Source: Bryobacterales bacterium (lineage in GTDB: Bacteria > Acidobacteriota > Terriglobia > Bryobacterales > Bryobacteraceae). From it: a stretch of 64,000 nt of DNA. This document shows, one piece after another, positions 18,592 to 28,274 of this stretch. The position numbers were made by a program, and so were the translations under genes. How positions within the stretch are numbered: the stretch's first letter is position 1; each line of letters starts with the position of its first letter. The stretch spans positions 37,316 through 101,315 of the forward strand of contig JAYTTF010000188.1 of assembly GCA_043745195.1 (NCBI GenBank). The letters are read 5' to 3'. The notes under the pieces are model-generated. The model worked only from the letters and a program-made list of their open reading frames with translations. It ran no database searches and was not told the DNA's origin.

Positions 18592-20607
18592 ATGTTTTAC
18601 CAGCTAATTGTTTTGAGCTTACTATTCGCGGCGACGCTTGTTGCCGGGCATGTTCCCACTGTGGATGAATTGATACGAGTGAAGTCAGCTAGCGCTGCTG
18701 AAATTTCACCAAATGGCAATTGGGTGGCTTATGTAGTTACTCAAGCTGATTTCGAGCAAGACGCTTTTTCAACTCAAGTGTGGCTGGCGGAAAGCGCCAC
18801 TGGTAAGAACATGCAGATTACGCGCGGGCCGAAGAACGCCGCTGGTCCACAATGGTCGCCTGATGGGAAGTGGCTGGGATTTGCTAGTAACCGTGTGGGC
18901 GATAAGGATCAGATTTTTGCCATTCCACCGGATGGCGGTGAGGCAGTTCAACTTACTAAGTCAGAGACGGGAGTGAGTGCGTTTGCATGGGCTCCTGATG
19001 GAAAGACCATTGCCTTTGTTGCAGCCGAAGATTCGGCGAAGGCGAAGAAGGCGCGAAAGGATTCCCTTGGTGACTTTGAGGTTGTGCGCAAGGAGTACAA
19101 TCATCGCCATATTTTCACGATTGCAATTGCAGATGCGATAAAGGAACCCCAAGCAGGCAAGCAGCGGACGAAGGGAACCACTTTCAATGTGGGTTCAATC
19201 GCGTGGTCTCCAGACGGTACGCGCATAGCATTTAGTGCGACTCGAAATCCGGATTTGATTGAAGGCGGCAGTGGGGACATTCATGTGCTGGCTTTAGCTA
19301 GCGACGCTGTGGAACGGGTAGTGAATACTCCGGGTCCTGATGCAAATCCTGTTTGGTCACCTGACGGTCTTTCCATTGCGTTTGTTAGTGCCATGGGTAA
19401 TCCGAAGTTCTTTCACTCGAACCCACGGATCGCGATTGTTGCAGCGACGGGCGGTCAGCCGCGCTCCATTTCCAATGACTTTGACGAGCGGCCTTCACTG
19501 GTGGATTGGAAAAGTGACGGCATTTATTTCAGTGGTCAGCAGCGAACGAATTCGCATTTGTTCAGGGCCGATTTGCAGACTGGCAGAATTACAAGAGTGT
19601 CAACGCCGAGTGATTTGATGGGCACTAGTTTCACGTTGAGTAAGGACGGCAGCACGATTGCATTTATCGCTCCTTCCCCTACTTCGTTACCAGAGGTATT
19701 CGTCTCAGAAAAGGCCGGATTCGCACCGAAGGCAATCACAAAGATGACGGACCAAATCAAAGATCTTCAACTCGGTTCGCGAGAAGTGATCTCCTGGAAG
19801 AGCAAGGATGGTGCGGAGATTGAAGGCATTCTGATTAAACCTGCCGGCTTCGATGCTTCGAAAAAATATCCACTGCTCTGTATTCTGCATGGTGGGCCAA
19901 CAGGGATTGATCGTCCAACACAACTGGATGCCCGTTACTATCCGACGGATATTTGGGCAGGCCGGGGAGCGCTGATCCTGAAGGTGAACTATCGTGGCAG
20001 CGCAGGATACGGGGAAAAGTTCCGCCAATTGAATGTTGGGAATCTTGGAGTGGGGGACGCCTGGGATGTACTGTCGGGCATCGATTCCTTAGTGGCAAAA
20101 GGTTGGGTGGATGAGAAACGAATTGGGTGCATGGGTTGGAGCCAAGGTGGATATATTTCTGCATTTCTGACAACTTCATCAAATCGATTCGCCGCCATTT
20201 CCGTCGGGGCAGGAATTTCCAACTGGTCCACTTACTACTACAATACTGATATTACTCCGTTCACGATTCAGTATCTTGGTTCGGACCCGGCCGCGGATCC
20301 GCAGATTTACTTGAAGACTTCGCCAATGACTTACATCAAGCAAGCTAAGACTCCGACTTTGATCCAGCATGGTGAGTTGGATAAACGGGTACCGATAGCC
20401 AATGGCTATGAGTTACGCCAGGGCTTGGAGGATCGTGGAGTGCCGGTGGAAATGCTTGTCTACAAGGGTTATGGCCATGGGATCACAAAGCCAAAGTCAA
20501 TGAAAGCCGTGATGGAACATAACCTGGCTTGGTTCAATCATTACCTTTGGGACGATGCCAAGCCTGACTTTGTAACTCTTGGAGTGAAGAGCAAGGAAGA
20601 AAAATAG
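18592..20607 (+). CDS. S9 family serine peptidase (prolyl oligopeptidase/acylaminoacyl-peptidase type) with N-terminal beta-propeller
   Basis: The ATG at 18592 is preceded by AAGGAG and opens a signal peptide (MFYQLIVLSLLFAATLVAG); the track ORF starts at 18529. TolB/WD40-like repeats (SPDGKW, APDGKT, SPDGTR, SPDGLS). Nucleophile elbow GWSQGGY. C-terminal D and H present (ELDKRVP, GYGHG). Confidence 0.9.
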   Translation: MFYQLIVLSLLFAATLVAGHVPTVDELIRVKSASAAEISPNGNWVAYVVTQADFEQDAFSTQVWLAESATGKNMQITRGPKNAAGPQWSPDGKWLGFASNRVGDKDQIFAIPPDGGEAVQLTKSETGVSAFAWAPDGKTIAFVAAEDSAKAKKARKDSLGDFEVVRKEYNHRHIFTIAIADAIKEPQAGKQRTKGTTFNVGSIAWSPDGTRIAFSATRNPDLIEGGSGDIHVLALASDAVERVVNTPGPDANPVWSPDGLSIAFVSAMGNPKFFHSNPRIAIVAATGGQPRSISNDFDERPSLVDWKSDGIYFSGQQRTNSHLFRADLQTGRITRVSTPSDLMGTSFTLSKDGSTIAFIAPSPTSLPEVFVSEKAGFAPKAITKMTDQIKDLQLGSREVISWKSKDGAEIEGILIKPAGFDASKKYPLLCILHGGPTGIDRPTQLDARYYPTDIWAGRGALILKVNYRGSAGYGEKFRQLNVGNLGVGDAWDVLSGIDSLVAKGWVDEKRIGCMGWSQGGYISAFLTTSSNRFAAISVGAGISNWSTYYYNTDITPFTIQYLGSDPAADPQIYLKTSPMTYIKQAKTPTLIQHGELDKRVPIANGYELRQGLEDRGVPVEMLVYKGYGHGITKPKSMKAVMEHNLAWFNHYLWDDAKPDFVTLGVKSKEEK

Positions 20608-20616
20608 TGCAATAAA

Positions 20617-21797
20617 TTAGCGTCCATTTTGAAGGTCTTCTAAGGAAACCATGCCCGACTTGGGGAAACCAGTTTGAATGGAATTGCGGCGAGCTTCCAA
20701 CCGCTTGGCATCTTTTGAACGGCCGATCTTTCGAAGTAACGCGGCTTGTCTGGTGAGAACCGGGATCAACTGGGGATGTGTCTGGCCAAGTGCTTTTTCA
20801 AGAATCTCCAAGCTGCGCTCATAAAGAGCCAGAGCACCAGGGTAAGTGCCTTGACGAACCTCAAGTTCAGCCAAGTTGCTGAGGATAATCCCCAGCATGG
20901 CTATGCCCCTCACCCGCAAATTGTTTCGTCAGGCTGAGGGCGCGGTCATAAGAAAGGCGCGCCTGCGTCAGGTCCCCGGTTTCCATAAAGGCATTGCCTA
21001 GTAGATTTAAGATAAGGGCCACCCGGAAGGAGTCCGGACCGAAGGACTTTTCAAACATGGAAAGTGCTTCAACCAATAATATGGAAGCTTCTGAAAACTG
21101 TTTCTTGAACCGAAGGAGTTCCGCCAAGTTGGCGATTGGTGCTCCCACGGCGGCGTTCGCCTCACCCGATATTTGTCTGTACAGTTGAATGCTCTGCCGC
21201 CAACAGGCTTCCGCCTGCCTCTTCTGGCCAAGCCTGTAGGCGACCAGCCCCTGGTTGTTCAGAATCAGCGCGAGCAACCGTTCGGTGCTTTCTCCGCTAC
21301 CCAGTGCATAGCGAAACTCATTATCTGGTGGTAATGCCCGGATTGCTGCATGAACTGAGATAGCTCGCCTGAATGTGTTTTCGGCATCGCGATCCTTACC
21401 AAGAAAATATTGAACCTCCCCGAGCGAATTGAGTACCAATGCGAATACCAACGGCGAATTCTGGCGGATTGGAAAGCGGGCAGCCCGAAGCAGCAACGGT
21501 TCAGCATCGGACGGGTGGTGCAGTGAAACCAGTAGAGACGCGAGACTCTGCAAGGCGATAGCGATGCTTTGTGGGCCTGCCTTGGAGTCTTCGAGAATTG
21601 CGAGCACACGCCGGTGAATCGGCTCAGCTTCCTGATAGCGGTGAAGCTCGCGAAGGATCAACGCTCGATTATGAAGGCAGTCTGACCTTAATTAATTGCA
21701 GCACTCTTCTGTTCAGTTCTCTTGCAAGAGCGGCATGATCCACGGATTGCGCGGAAATGATCGAAAGAAAAACGGCTGATAGAAGGATGCTTCGCAT
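20617..21797 (-). pseudogene. Secreted TPR-repeat protein gene broken by two frameshifts
   Basis: Three consecutive minus-strand ORF pieces in different frames. Piece 1: signal peptide MRSILLSAVFLSIISAQS from ATG 21797. Piece 2: 20867-21661, TPR. Piece 3: 20617-20919, TPR_12-like. Junction 1 is a TTAATTAA at 21688-21695; deleting 4 nt gives ...RRVLQLRSDCLHNRALILRELHRYQEA. Junction 2 is a C4 run on the plus strand at 20906-20909; deleting 1 nt gives ...KQFAGEGIAMLGIILSNLAELE. The corrected length is 1176 nt = 392 codons. Confidence 0.7.
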
Positions 21798-21897
21798 TTG
21801 CTTTGCCTTCTTTGATTCACAAAGCGTGAAGAGAGTAAGAAGTCCGCAAAGAATTCTGTTTGGGGGTTGCGCGCCGCACCAAGAGGCGCTGTGATGG

Positions 21898-22674
21898 ATG
21901 TATATGGCCTTAATTCTGTTTGAACGCGAAGGCACCATCGCCACAATTACGTTGAACCATCCGGAGAAGCGCAACGCATTGTCGCTGCAGTTCATGCGCG
22001 AGTTGATTGCGTGTTTGGAGGAGACTGGCCGGGACACAACTATTCACGTCGTGATTCTGGCCGCCCACGGCCCCGTGTTCTGTGCCGGACATGATCTTAG
22101 TGAAATGACCGGCTGCACGGTTGAGGAATATCGCAAACTATTCGCGGTGTGCTCGCAACTGATGACGAACATTCAATCCATACCTCAACCGGTGATTGCT
22201 CAAGTACAGGGACCGGCCACAGCGGCAGGCTGTCAATTGGTGGCCACTTGTGATTTGGCGATGGCCGCCGATACGGCATGGTTTGCCACGCCAGGTGTGA
22301 AGATCGGCCTGTTCTGCACTACACCCATGGTTGCGCTAACACGAGCGATTGGCCGCAAGCAAGCGATGCGGATGCTACTAACCGGCGAACCCGTGGATGC
22401 GGTAACTGCGATGCAATGGGGTTTGATCAATGAGGCAGTGCCGGGATTGGAACTGGCTCTGCGCACACGCAAACTGGCCCATACGATTTCCAGCGCAAGT
22501 AGCACAACGGTGGGCCTTGGGAAGCGTGCATTCTATTCGCAAATTGATTTAGACCAACAGGCGGCCTATGCCACCGCCAGTGAAGTGATGGCATTGAATG
22601 CGATGGATGCCGATGCTCAAGAAGGCATTGCCGCGTTCCGTGAAAAACGTAAGCCCGCTTGGAAGGAACGGTAG
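21898..22674 (+). CDS. Enoyl-CoA hydratase/isomerase (crotonase) family protein
   Basis: 258 aa. TITLNHPEKRNALS, VVILAAHGPVFCAGHDL, AQVQGPATAAGCQLVATCDLAMAA, and a C-terminal EGIAAFREKRKP typical of the crotonase fold. Confidence 0.9.
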   Translation: MYMALILFEREGTIATITLNHPEKRNALSLQFMRELIACLEETGRDTTIHVVILAAHGPVFCAGHDLSEMTGCTVEEYRKLFAVCSQLMTNIQSIPQPVIAQVQGPATAAGCQLVATCDLAMAADTAWFATPGVKIGLFCTTPMVALTRAIGRKQAMRMLLTGEPVDAVTAMQWGLINEAVPGLELALRTRKLAHTISSASSTTVGLGKRAFYSQIDLDQQAAYATASEVMALNAMDADAQEGIAAFREKRKPAWKER

Positions 22675-22676
22675 CC

Positions 22677-23036
22677 TTACTTTTCCACGCCTCGCAAATA
22701 GGCATCATTGCCTTGCCGCCAATCTTCGCGAATCGGGGAAAATAGGTCGAACACGGTAGAGTCTTCAAGTACAAATACGCGGTGGGGCAAATGCGGGACG
22801 ATCTCCATTACTTGCCCGGCATCCACGATGAACTCGTGGCCGCCTTCAAATTCGAATCGCAACTTACCGGTGAGCACCACGGACATTTGCTCATTCAAAT
22901 GACTGTGCCACGGCACTTCAGCACCTTTCAATAGAGTTAAATTAGCCACAGTGATGTGGGTCCCGTGAATTACGCGTCGCGCAAACTTCGGGTTCATCTG
23001 TTCTTCGGGAATATTTTGCCATACATGGAGCTTCAT
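22677..23036 (-). CDS. Cupin domain protein
   Basis: Probable start is the ATG at 23036 (MKLHVWQNIPEE). Cupin motif GAEVPWHSHLNEQMSVVLTG ... VPHLPHRV. The track ORF extends to 23138, but that extension has no coding character. Confidence 0.75.
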   Translation of the reverse strand: MKLHVWQNIPEEQMNPKFARRVIHGTHITVANLTLLKGAEVPWHSHLNEQMSVVLTGKLRFEFEGGHEFIVDAGQVMEIVPHLPHRVFVLEDSTVFDLFSPIREDWRQGNDAYLRGVEK

Positions 23037-23169
23037 AGTTGTTGACGGGAATTGTATCATTAAAGGTGCCGCAATTTTTACGTCTTTATAGGAACAATGG
23101 GTCCGTATTTGAAAAGTTGAAATTACCGATGTCAACAATGCTTACATTTGCGAAGGCGGAGGACGTTTA

Positions 23170-23718
23170 ATGGGAACCACTACTCCCGTTGAAATCCTAA
23201 CGCCCACCAGCGAGAAGGGCATTGGTCGCGTGATCCTTGCGACGGATTCGCCCGATCTTATTCCCGGCGTGATTGCCAAGCCATTTCCGCTTTGGCCCGA
23301 TGATCGTGGTTATTTCCTGGAAGTGGGACGGATTGGAAAGGGCCTAATCGCGGGGTTTTCAGCCGATTCCACACAGATTTCCGCAGCTCTTAGTTATCCG
23401 GGTAGCATTAAGGCATTCCATTTTCATAAGTATCAAACCGATTGTTGGGTTCCAGTGCAAGGCATGCTGCAAGTGGCTTTGGTTGATCTTAGACCAGATT
23501 CGCCAACCTTCGGCCTGAAGAACACTTTATACTTGGGCACACTTCGTCCCTGGCAGTTGATCATTCCTCCTGGTGTGGGCCATGGATACAAAGTGATTGG
23601 TGATTCCCCTGCCATGCTGGTTTATCTGACGGACAGGACTTATGATCCTGCGGACGAAGGTCGCATCGCTTACAACGACCCGGGCATTGATTACGATTGG
23701 GAACTCCAACACAAATGA
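23170..23718 (+). CDS. rmlC: dTDP-4-dehydrorhamnose 3,5-epimerase-like protein
   Basis: 182 aa. DDRGYFLEV, IKAFHFHKYQTDCWVPVQG, PPGVGHGYKV, AYNDPGIDYDW match the RmlC cupin family. The stop overlaps the rmlB start (ATGA). Confidence 0.8.
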   Translation: MGTTTPVEILTPTSEKGIGRVILATDSPDLIPGVIAKPFPLWPDDRGYFLEVGRIGKGLIAGFSADSTQISAALSYPGSIKAFHFHKYQTDCWVPVQGMLQVALVDLRPDSPTFGLKNTLYLGTLRPWQLIIPPGVGHGYKVIGDSPAMLVYLTDRTYDPADEGRIAYNDPGIDYDWELQHK

Positions 23719-24725
23719 AACTTTTAGTTACCGGCGGTGCTGGATTCATAGGCTCCGCTTTCGTGCGACTGCTGAGCGCACAGCAGCCGGATACTTGCAT
23801 ACTCAACTTCGATAAATTGACTTATGCCGGCAACCTGGAGAACCTACTGCCAGTTGCCGGCAACGCGCAGTATAGTTTCGTGCGCGGGGACATTTGCGAT
23901 GCTGCGGCGGTGGAGGCCACCTTCGCCGAGTTCGTTCCTGATGCCGTGGTGCACTTCGCTGCGGAATCGCACGTGGACCGCAGCATTCTCTCCCCTGCCC
24001 CAGTGATTCAAACAAATTTCAATGGCACATTCACGCTGCTTGAAGCTGCGCGAAAATTCAAGACGGCCCGCTTTGTTCACGTTTCAACCGACGAAGTATA
24101 TGGCAGCATTGCTGAGCCGCACGATGCGGATGAAGACTATCCTCTGCGCACCAGCAGCCCGTATTCAGCATCGAAAGGCGCATCGGATTTGCTGGCACTC
24201 TCCTACTTCACAACCTACAAAATGAATGTTTCGGTGACCCGTGCTTCCAACAATTATGGGCCATATCAGTTTCCCGAAAAACTGATCCCGTTGATGATCG
24301 CCAACGCTCTTGAAGATAAGCCCCTGCCCGTCTACGGAGATGGCCTGCAGATTCGCGATTGGCTTTACGTTGATGACCATTGCACTGCAATCAAAAGCGT
24401 TTTGGAAAAAGGCCGCGCTGGTGAAATCTACAATATTGGCGGTAGCCGCGCGCTACCCAATCTGGAAGTGGTGCATAAGATTCTTGCGGCCACAGGCAAG
24501 CCTGATTCCTTAATTCGATATGTGACCGACCGTCCTGGGCACGACCGACGCTATGCCATTACCACGGCAAAGCTAGAGGCTGAAACCGGCTGGCAAGCTG
24601 CCATGGATTTCGAAAAAGGCTTGGCCGCAACGGTGGATTGGTACAGATCGAATCAACCGTGGGTGGCCCGAGTGCGTTCGGGCGAATATCAGAATTACTA
24701 TCACCAGAACTACGGCGCGCGATAG
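23715..24725 (+). CDS. rmlB: dTDP-glucose 4,6-dehydratase
   Basis: MKLLVTGGAGFIGS Rossmann motif. HFAAESHVDRS. Catalytic SPYSASKGASD (YxxxK). DRPGHDRRY. The ATG at 23715 overlaps the rmlC stop. Confidence 0.92.
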   Translation: MKLLVTGGAGFIGSAFVRLLSAQQPDTCILNFDKLTYAGNLENLLPVAGNAQYSFVRGDICDAAAVEATFAEFVPDAVVHFAAESHVDRSILSPAPVIQTNFNGTFTLLEAARKFKTARFVHVSTDEVYGSIAEPHDADEDYPLRTSSPYSASKGASDLLALSYFTTYKMNVSVTRASNNYGPYQFPEKLIPLMIANALEDKPLPVYGDGLQIRDWLYVDDHCTAIKSVLEKGRAGEIYNIGGSRALPNLEVVHKILAATGKPDSLIRYVTDRPGHDRRYAITTAKLEAETGWQAAMDFEKGLAATVDWYRSNQPWVARVRSGEYQNYYHQNYGAR

Positions 24726-24805
24726 CGAATTGCAAGTGAGCTTTTCGAGTTCCACCTAAGAGAAGGGCAAGCCGGCCCTTCACTGTGCAGCAATGATAAA
24801 CTCAA

Positions 24806-25681
24806 GTGGCTATGACACGGCGATCTATTCTTACCACTTCGGCCAGCGCACTGGCTGCATCACAACTATCGGAACGCCTCAGCGCGGCGGACACCGCCAC
24901 AGGGATGAAAGGCCGCATCAATCATTCGGTCTGCAAATGGTGTTATGCCAAGACCTCGCTGGAAGACCTTTGCAAATCAGCGAAGGACATTGGGCTTAAT
25001 TCTATTGAGCTGCTGGGCCCTGCCGATTGGCCAATGCTGAAGCAATACAACCTGACTTGCGCCATGGCATCGAACCCCGTCATTGATGGGCTGGGCGGCA
25101 TTGGCAAAGCGTTCAACCGGCTGGAGCATCACGATAAGCTGATTAAGGCCTACGAGGAAATTCTGCCCCAAGCTGCTGCGGCAGGTTTGCAAAACGTCAT
25201 CTGCTTTTCCGGCAATCGCGATGGGATGAGCGATGAACAGGGAATGGACAATTGTGCCGTGGGACTGAAACGGCTGATGACCGTTTGCGAAAAACACAAA
25301 GTAACCTTGGTGATGGAGCTTTTGAATTCGAAGGTGAACCACAAAGATTACATGTGCGACCACTCCCAGTGGGGTGTGGAACTTTGTAAGAAAATCGGGT
25401 CAGAACGGTTTAAGCTGCTGTACGACATCTACCACATGCAGATTATGGAAGGCGACGTAATTGCCACCATCAAAAAGTCCCACCCATACTTTGCGCACTA
25501 TCATACCGGCGGAGTCCCGGGACGTGCGGAGATCGACGATTCGCAGGAACTGTACTATCCAGCCATTATGAAGGCAATTGTGGACACGGGATTCAAAGGC
25601 TTTGTGGCGCAGGAGTTTGTGCCGAAGCGTGAGGACAAGCTTGGTTCGCTGAAACAAGGCGTGAAGATCTGCGACGTTTAA
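24806..25681 (+). CDS. Xylose-isomerase-like TIM-barrel protein (hydroxypyruvate isomerase family) with Tat-type signal
   Basis: 291 aa. Twin-arginine leader MAMTRRSILTTSASALAAS. Sequence GRINHSVCKWCY...IELLGP...LVMELLNSKVNHKDYMCD...YDIYHMQIMEGD is typical of Hyi-like sugar-phosphate isomerase/epimerase proteins. Confidence 0.8.
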   Translation: MAMTRRSILTTSASALAASQLSERLSAADTATGMKGRINHSVCKWCYAKTSLEDLCKSAKDIGLNSIELLGPADWPMLKQYNLTCAMASNPVIDGLGGIGKAFNRLEHHDKLIKAYEEILPQAAAAGLQNVICFSGNRDGMSDEQGMDNCAVGLKRLMTVCEKHKVTLVMELLNSKVNHKDYMCDHSQWGVELCKKIGSERFKLLYDIYHMQIMEGDVIATIKKSHPYFAHYHTGGVPGRAEIDDSQELYYPAIMKAIVDTGFKGFVAQEFVPKREDKLGSLKQGVKICDV

Positions 25682-25684
25682 ATT

Positions 25685-25729
25685 AAAAAAGGCGCACAGC
25701 GGAGATTCCGATGTGCGCCTTTTTGTTTT
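25685..25729. terminator. Bidirectional intrinsic terminator between the isomerase gene and rpsA
   Basis: AAAAAA-GGCGCACA (25691-25698), a 13-nt loop, TGTGCGCC (25712-25719), then TTTTTGTTTT. An 8-bp GC-rich stem is flanked by an A-run on one side and a T-run on the other, between convergent genes. Confidence 0.8.
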
Positions 25730-25743
25730 CCGGCTTGCGGGTT

Positions 25744-27462
25744 TTAGGCCAGTTCGAGTTCTATCTTTTTCTTTTCCAAATCAATTGCTGTGATTTTGAA
25801 ATTGCGGATTTGCCCGGAGCGCAGCGCATTGGGATCACCCTTCACTTCCGGCGTTCCTTTGCCTTCCTTCCATCGGGACTTCAGCATTGCCGATAAGGAA
25901 TTAATGTCCACGGGGCCAGCCTCAACCTTCTTTTCTTCCACGGGAACGGCGGGCGTCAGTTTGCAATCGCCCATTACTCCGTCGCCCAGTTCGATTTTTG
26001 CACGTGTAGGAGAAGCATCTACCACGCGGCCCGTTACCTTGTCGCCAGCTTTATGTTCAGCGATATATTCATCAGCGCGGGTTGGTTCCAGTTGCTTCAA
26101 ACCCAAACGAATGCGGCGTTCGGTGTTGTCCAACTTCAATACTTTTGCCTTCACCACCTGACCAACGTGCAAAGCATCCTTAGGATGATCCAGACGTTTT
26201 TCATTGGCGATGTCGCCAATGTGAATCATGCCTTCAATGCCATCGCCAAGGTCGGCAAAAGCACCAAACTTCTGAAGACTGGTAATGGTGGCGTCCACAA
26301 TTGTACCTTCCGGGTACTTGGCAGGAACATCGGCCCAAGGGTCACCTAGAGCTTGCTTCAAACCTAGCGAAATACGCTTGTCCTCTTCCTTAACGCCAAG
26401 GACAACCACTTCCACCTGCTCGCCGACTTTTAGTAAATCGGAGGCAGCGCGAACTTTCTTGGTCCACGACATTTCGGAAATGTGGATAAGCCCGTCAACT
26501 CCAGGTTCCAATTCGACGAAAGCTCCGAAATCAGCAAGGCGAACCACTTTGCCAGTGATGCGCGCACCAACAACAAGTCGTGCAAGAGTGGTCTTCCAAG
26601 GGTCAGGAATTAACTGTTTCAAACCCAGCGAAATTTTCCGCGTGTTGGGGTTGATCTTCAAAATCTTGACTTTAATTTGTTCGCCGATATTCACCACATC
26701 AACCGGCTTGCCAATGCGTTGCCAGCTCATGTCAGTGATGTGCAACAAACCATCAACGCCGCCCAGGTCAACGAATGCGCCGAACTCGGTCATACTGCGC
26801 ACAGTGCCATCCACTGTTTCGCCTTCCTTCATTCGTTCAAAGGCAGCCTTCTTCGCTTCCGCAGCTTCCTCTTCCAAAATGGCGCGGCGGTCAACCACCA
26901 CGTCTTCTTTTTCGGTGTCCAATTTGGTGATGCGGCAAGTAATGTCCTGGCCCAGCATCTTCACAAACTCAGCCTGATCGCGCACACCGCTGCGGCTGGC
27001 TGGCAGGAACGCGCGGCTGCCGATATCAACCGTAAGCCCGCCTTTAACAATGCCTGTGACCTTGCCAACGATGTTTCGTTTCTCGTCGAAAGCAGCTTGG
27101 AGAGCACTCCAATCTTTGGCGCGAATGATCTTCAGCGGAGTAAGAGCAAAATAACCGAGGTCATTAATGCCTTCGGCATTCACCTCGATAATATCGCCAA
27201 GCTTCGCCACATCGCCGCCAGCTTCCTGGTAAAGGCTAAGGGGCAACGCACCTTCCGTCTTGCGACCGATGTCAAGAATAATGTTGTCGTCTTTAATCGA
27301 CACCACCGTTCCTTTAATCGCCTCGGATCTGGTTTCAGTTGCGGCCGGAGCTTCGGCCTTTTGTTGCTGTTCGAACTCCGACAAAATGGCGGCGAACGAG
27401 GGCTCTTCAGCGGAGCCTGTTGCTTCCACGGGAGTCATATCGGGAGAATTTCCTAGAGTCAT
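25744..27462 (-). CDS. rpsA: 30S ribosomal protein S1
   Basis: 572 aa with six S1/OB repeats (e.g. GTVRSMTEFGAFVDLGGVDGLLHITDMSW, GKVVRLADFGAFVELEPGVDGLIHISEMSW). Confidence 0.95.
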   Translation of the reverse strand: MTLGNSPDMTPVEATGSAEEPSFAAILSEFEQQQKAEAPAATETRSEAIKGTVVSIKDDNIILDIGRKTEGALPLSLYQEAGGDVAKLGDIIEVNAEGINDLGYFALTPLKIIRAKDWSALQAAFDEKRNIVGKVTGIVKGGLTVDIGSRAFLPASRSGVRDQAEFVKMLGQDITCRITKLDTEKEDVVVDRRAILEEEAAEAKKAAFERMKEGETVDGTVRSMTEFGAFVDLGGVDGLLHITDMSWQRIGKPVDVVNIGEQIKVKILKINPNTRKISLGLKQLIPDPWKTTLARLVVGARITGKVVRLADFGAFVELEPGVDGLIHISEMSWTKKVRAASDLLKVGEQVEVVVLGVKEEDKRISLGLKQALGDPWADVPAKYPEGTIVDATITSLQKFGAFADLGDGIEGMIHIGDIANEKRLDHPKDALHVGQVVKAKVLKLDNTERRIRLGLKQLEPTRADEYIAEHKAGDKVTGRVVDASPTRAKIELGDGVMGDCKLTPAVPVEEKKVEAGPVDINSLSAMLKSRWKEGKGTPEVKGDPNALRSGQIRNFKITAIDLEKKKIELELA

Positions 27463-27568
27463 GGGGACAAATACACTTTTGAAGGTTGAGCTTTATTCTC
27501 TCATACTTGCAAGATGGGTGTGGTGAGTGGCGTTTGCACCAACTCGGTAGAGCTTAAATTCTGAATAA

Positions 27569-28021
27569 CTACAAGCTAAGAATGTTCTGCACCAATCCAG
27601 CATTTGCCCCGCAGATGGCGCGCCATGCAATACCACCATCCAAAGTCGTCAATCTACCACGCTTCCGGAAGGCAAGTCCGGCAAGATAGACGTCCGTTGT
27701 TTGGCGGGAGCCGGTCAAAATGGAAAGGTCGAATAACCCCGTATCCGTTAAGCTAATCTCGTCTGCCCAAAAGTGGTGAGTGGCGGGAAAGCCAGATTTA
27801 AACTGTGCCAGAGAACTTGCAGCCATGGCGGGCGTCAACTGCAAATTCGGATAGCTCCTGTGAGAAACGATGCGAATAAATCCGTTCTCCGTGATTGGAC
27901 ATGTGGCCCACCCTTTTACAACCGCAACGTTCCTAAACCAAGTTACTGCCAAGGCATGATGTTGATGCGCAGAATCAAGCAGGCTCACCAGCACATTCAC
28001 ATCCAAAAGGCTGATGCTCAT
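27569..28021 (-). CDS. vapC: PIN-domain toxin, VapC family
   Basis: 150 aa. Acidic PIN residues in MSISLLDVNVLV, PITENGFIR, TTDVYLAGLA, TTLD. 4-nt overlap with the upstream antitoxin gene. Confidence 0.85.
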   Translation of the reverse strand: MSISLLDVNVLVSLLDSAHQHHALAVTWFRNVAVVKGWATCPITENGFIRIVSHRSYPNLQLTPAMAASSLAQFKSGFPATHHFWADEISLTDTGLFDLSILTGSRQTTDVYLAGLAFRKRGRLTTLDGGIAWRAICGANAGLVQNILSL

Positions 28022-28245
28022 TCGTCGTCCAATAGATTGCGAACCATATCGTTTGTAATAGTGATAGCCCCCGGCGCGTGAGTCCAGATGGGAATACCGT
28101 CTCTGAGTTCAACTGCGGATACCTCTGGCGTCAAACCGCGCCTCGCCAAATCGGAAAGCGCCCGACCAATACCTTGATTCTTGAGCCGCGCGATTTCTTT
28201 GGCAACCTGCATCACGTCATCATCAACATCTAATGTGGTACGCAT
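28018..28245 (-). CDS. vapB: VapB-family antitoxin
   Basis: 75 aa. MRTTLDVDDDVMQVAKEIA N-terminus is typical of VapB/Rv0623-like antitoxins. ATGA coupling to vapC. Confidence 0.8.
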   Translation of the reverse strand: MRTTLDVDDDVMQVAKEIARLKNQGIGRALSDLARRGLTPEVSAVELRDGIPIWTHAPGAITITNDMVRNLLDDE

Positions 28246-28274
28246 ATTGTCATCATAGCATCTTAATGTTCGGT

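Noticed and set aside
26285-27456. 230-aa and 259-aa plus-strand ORFs inside rpsA
   Set aside because: Opposite strand of an unmistakable S1 gene. A typical codon-bias artefact.
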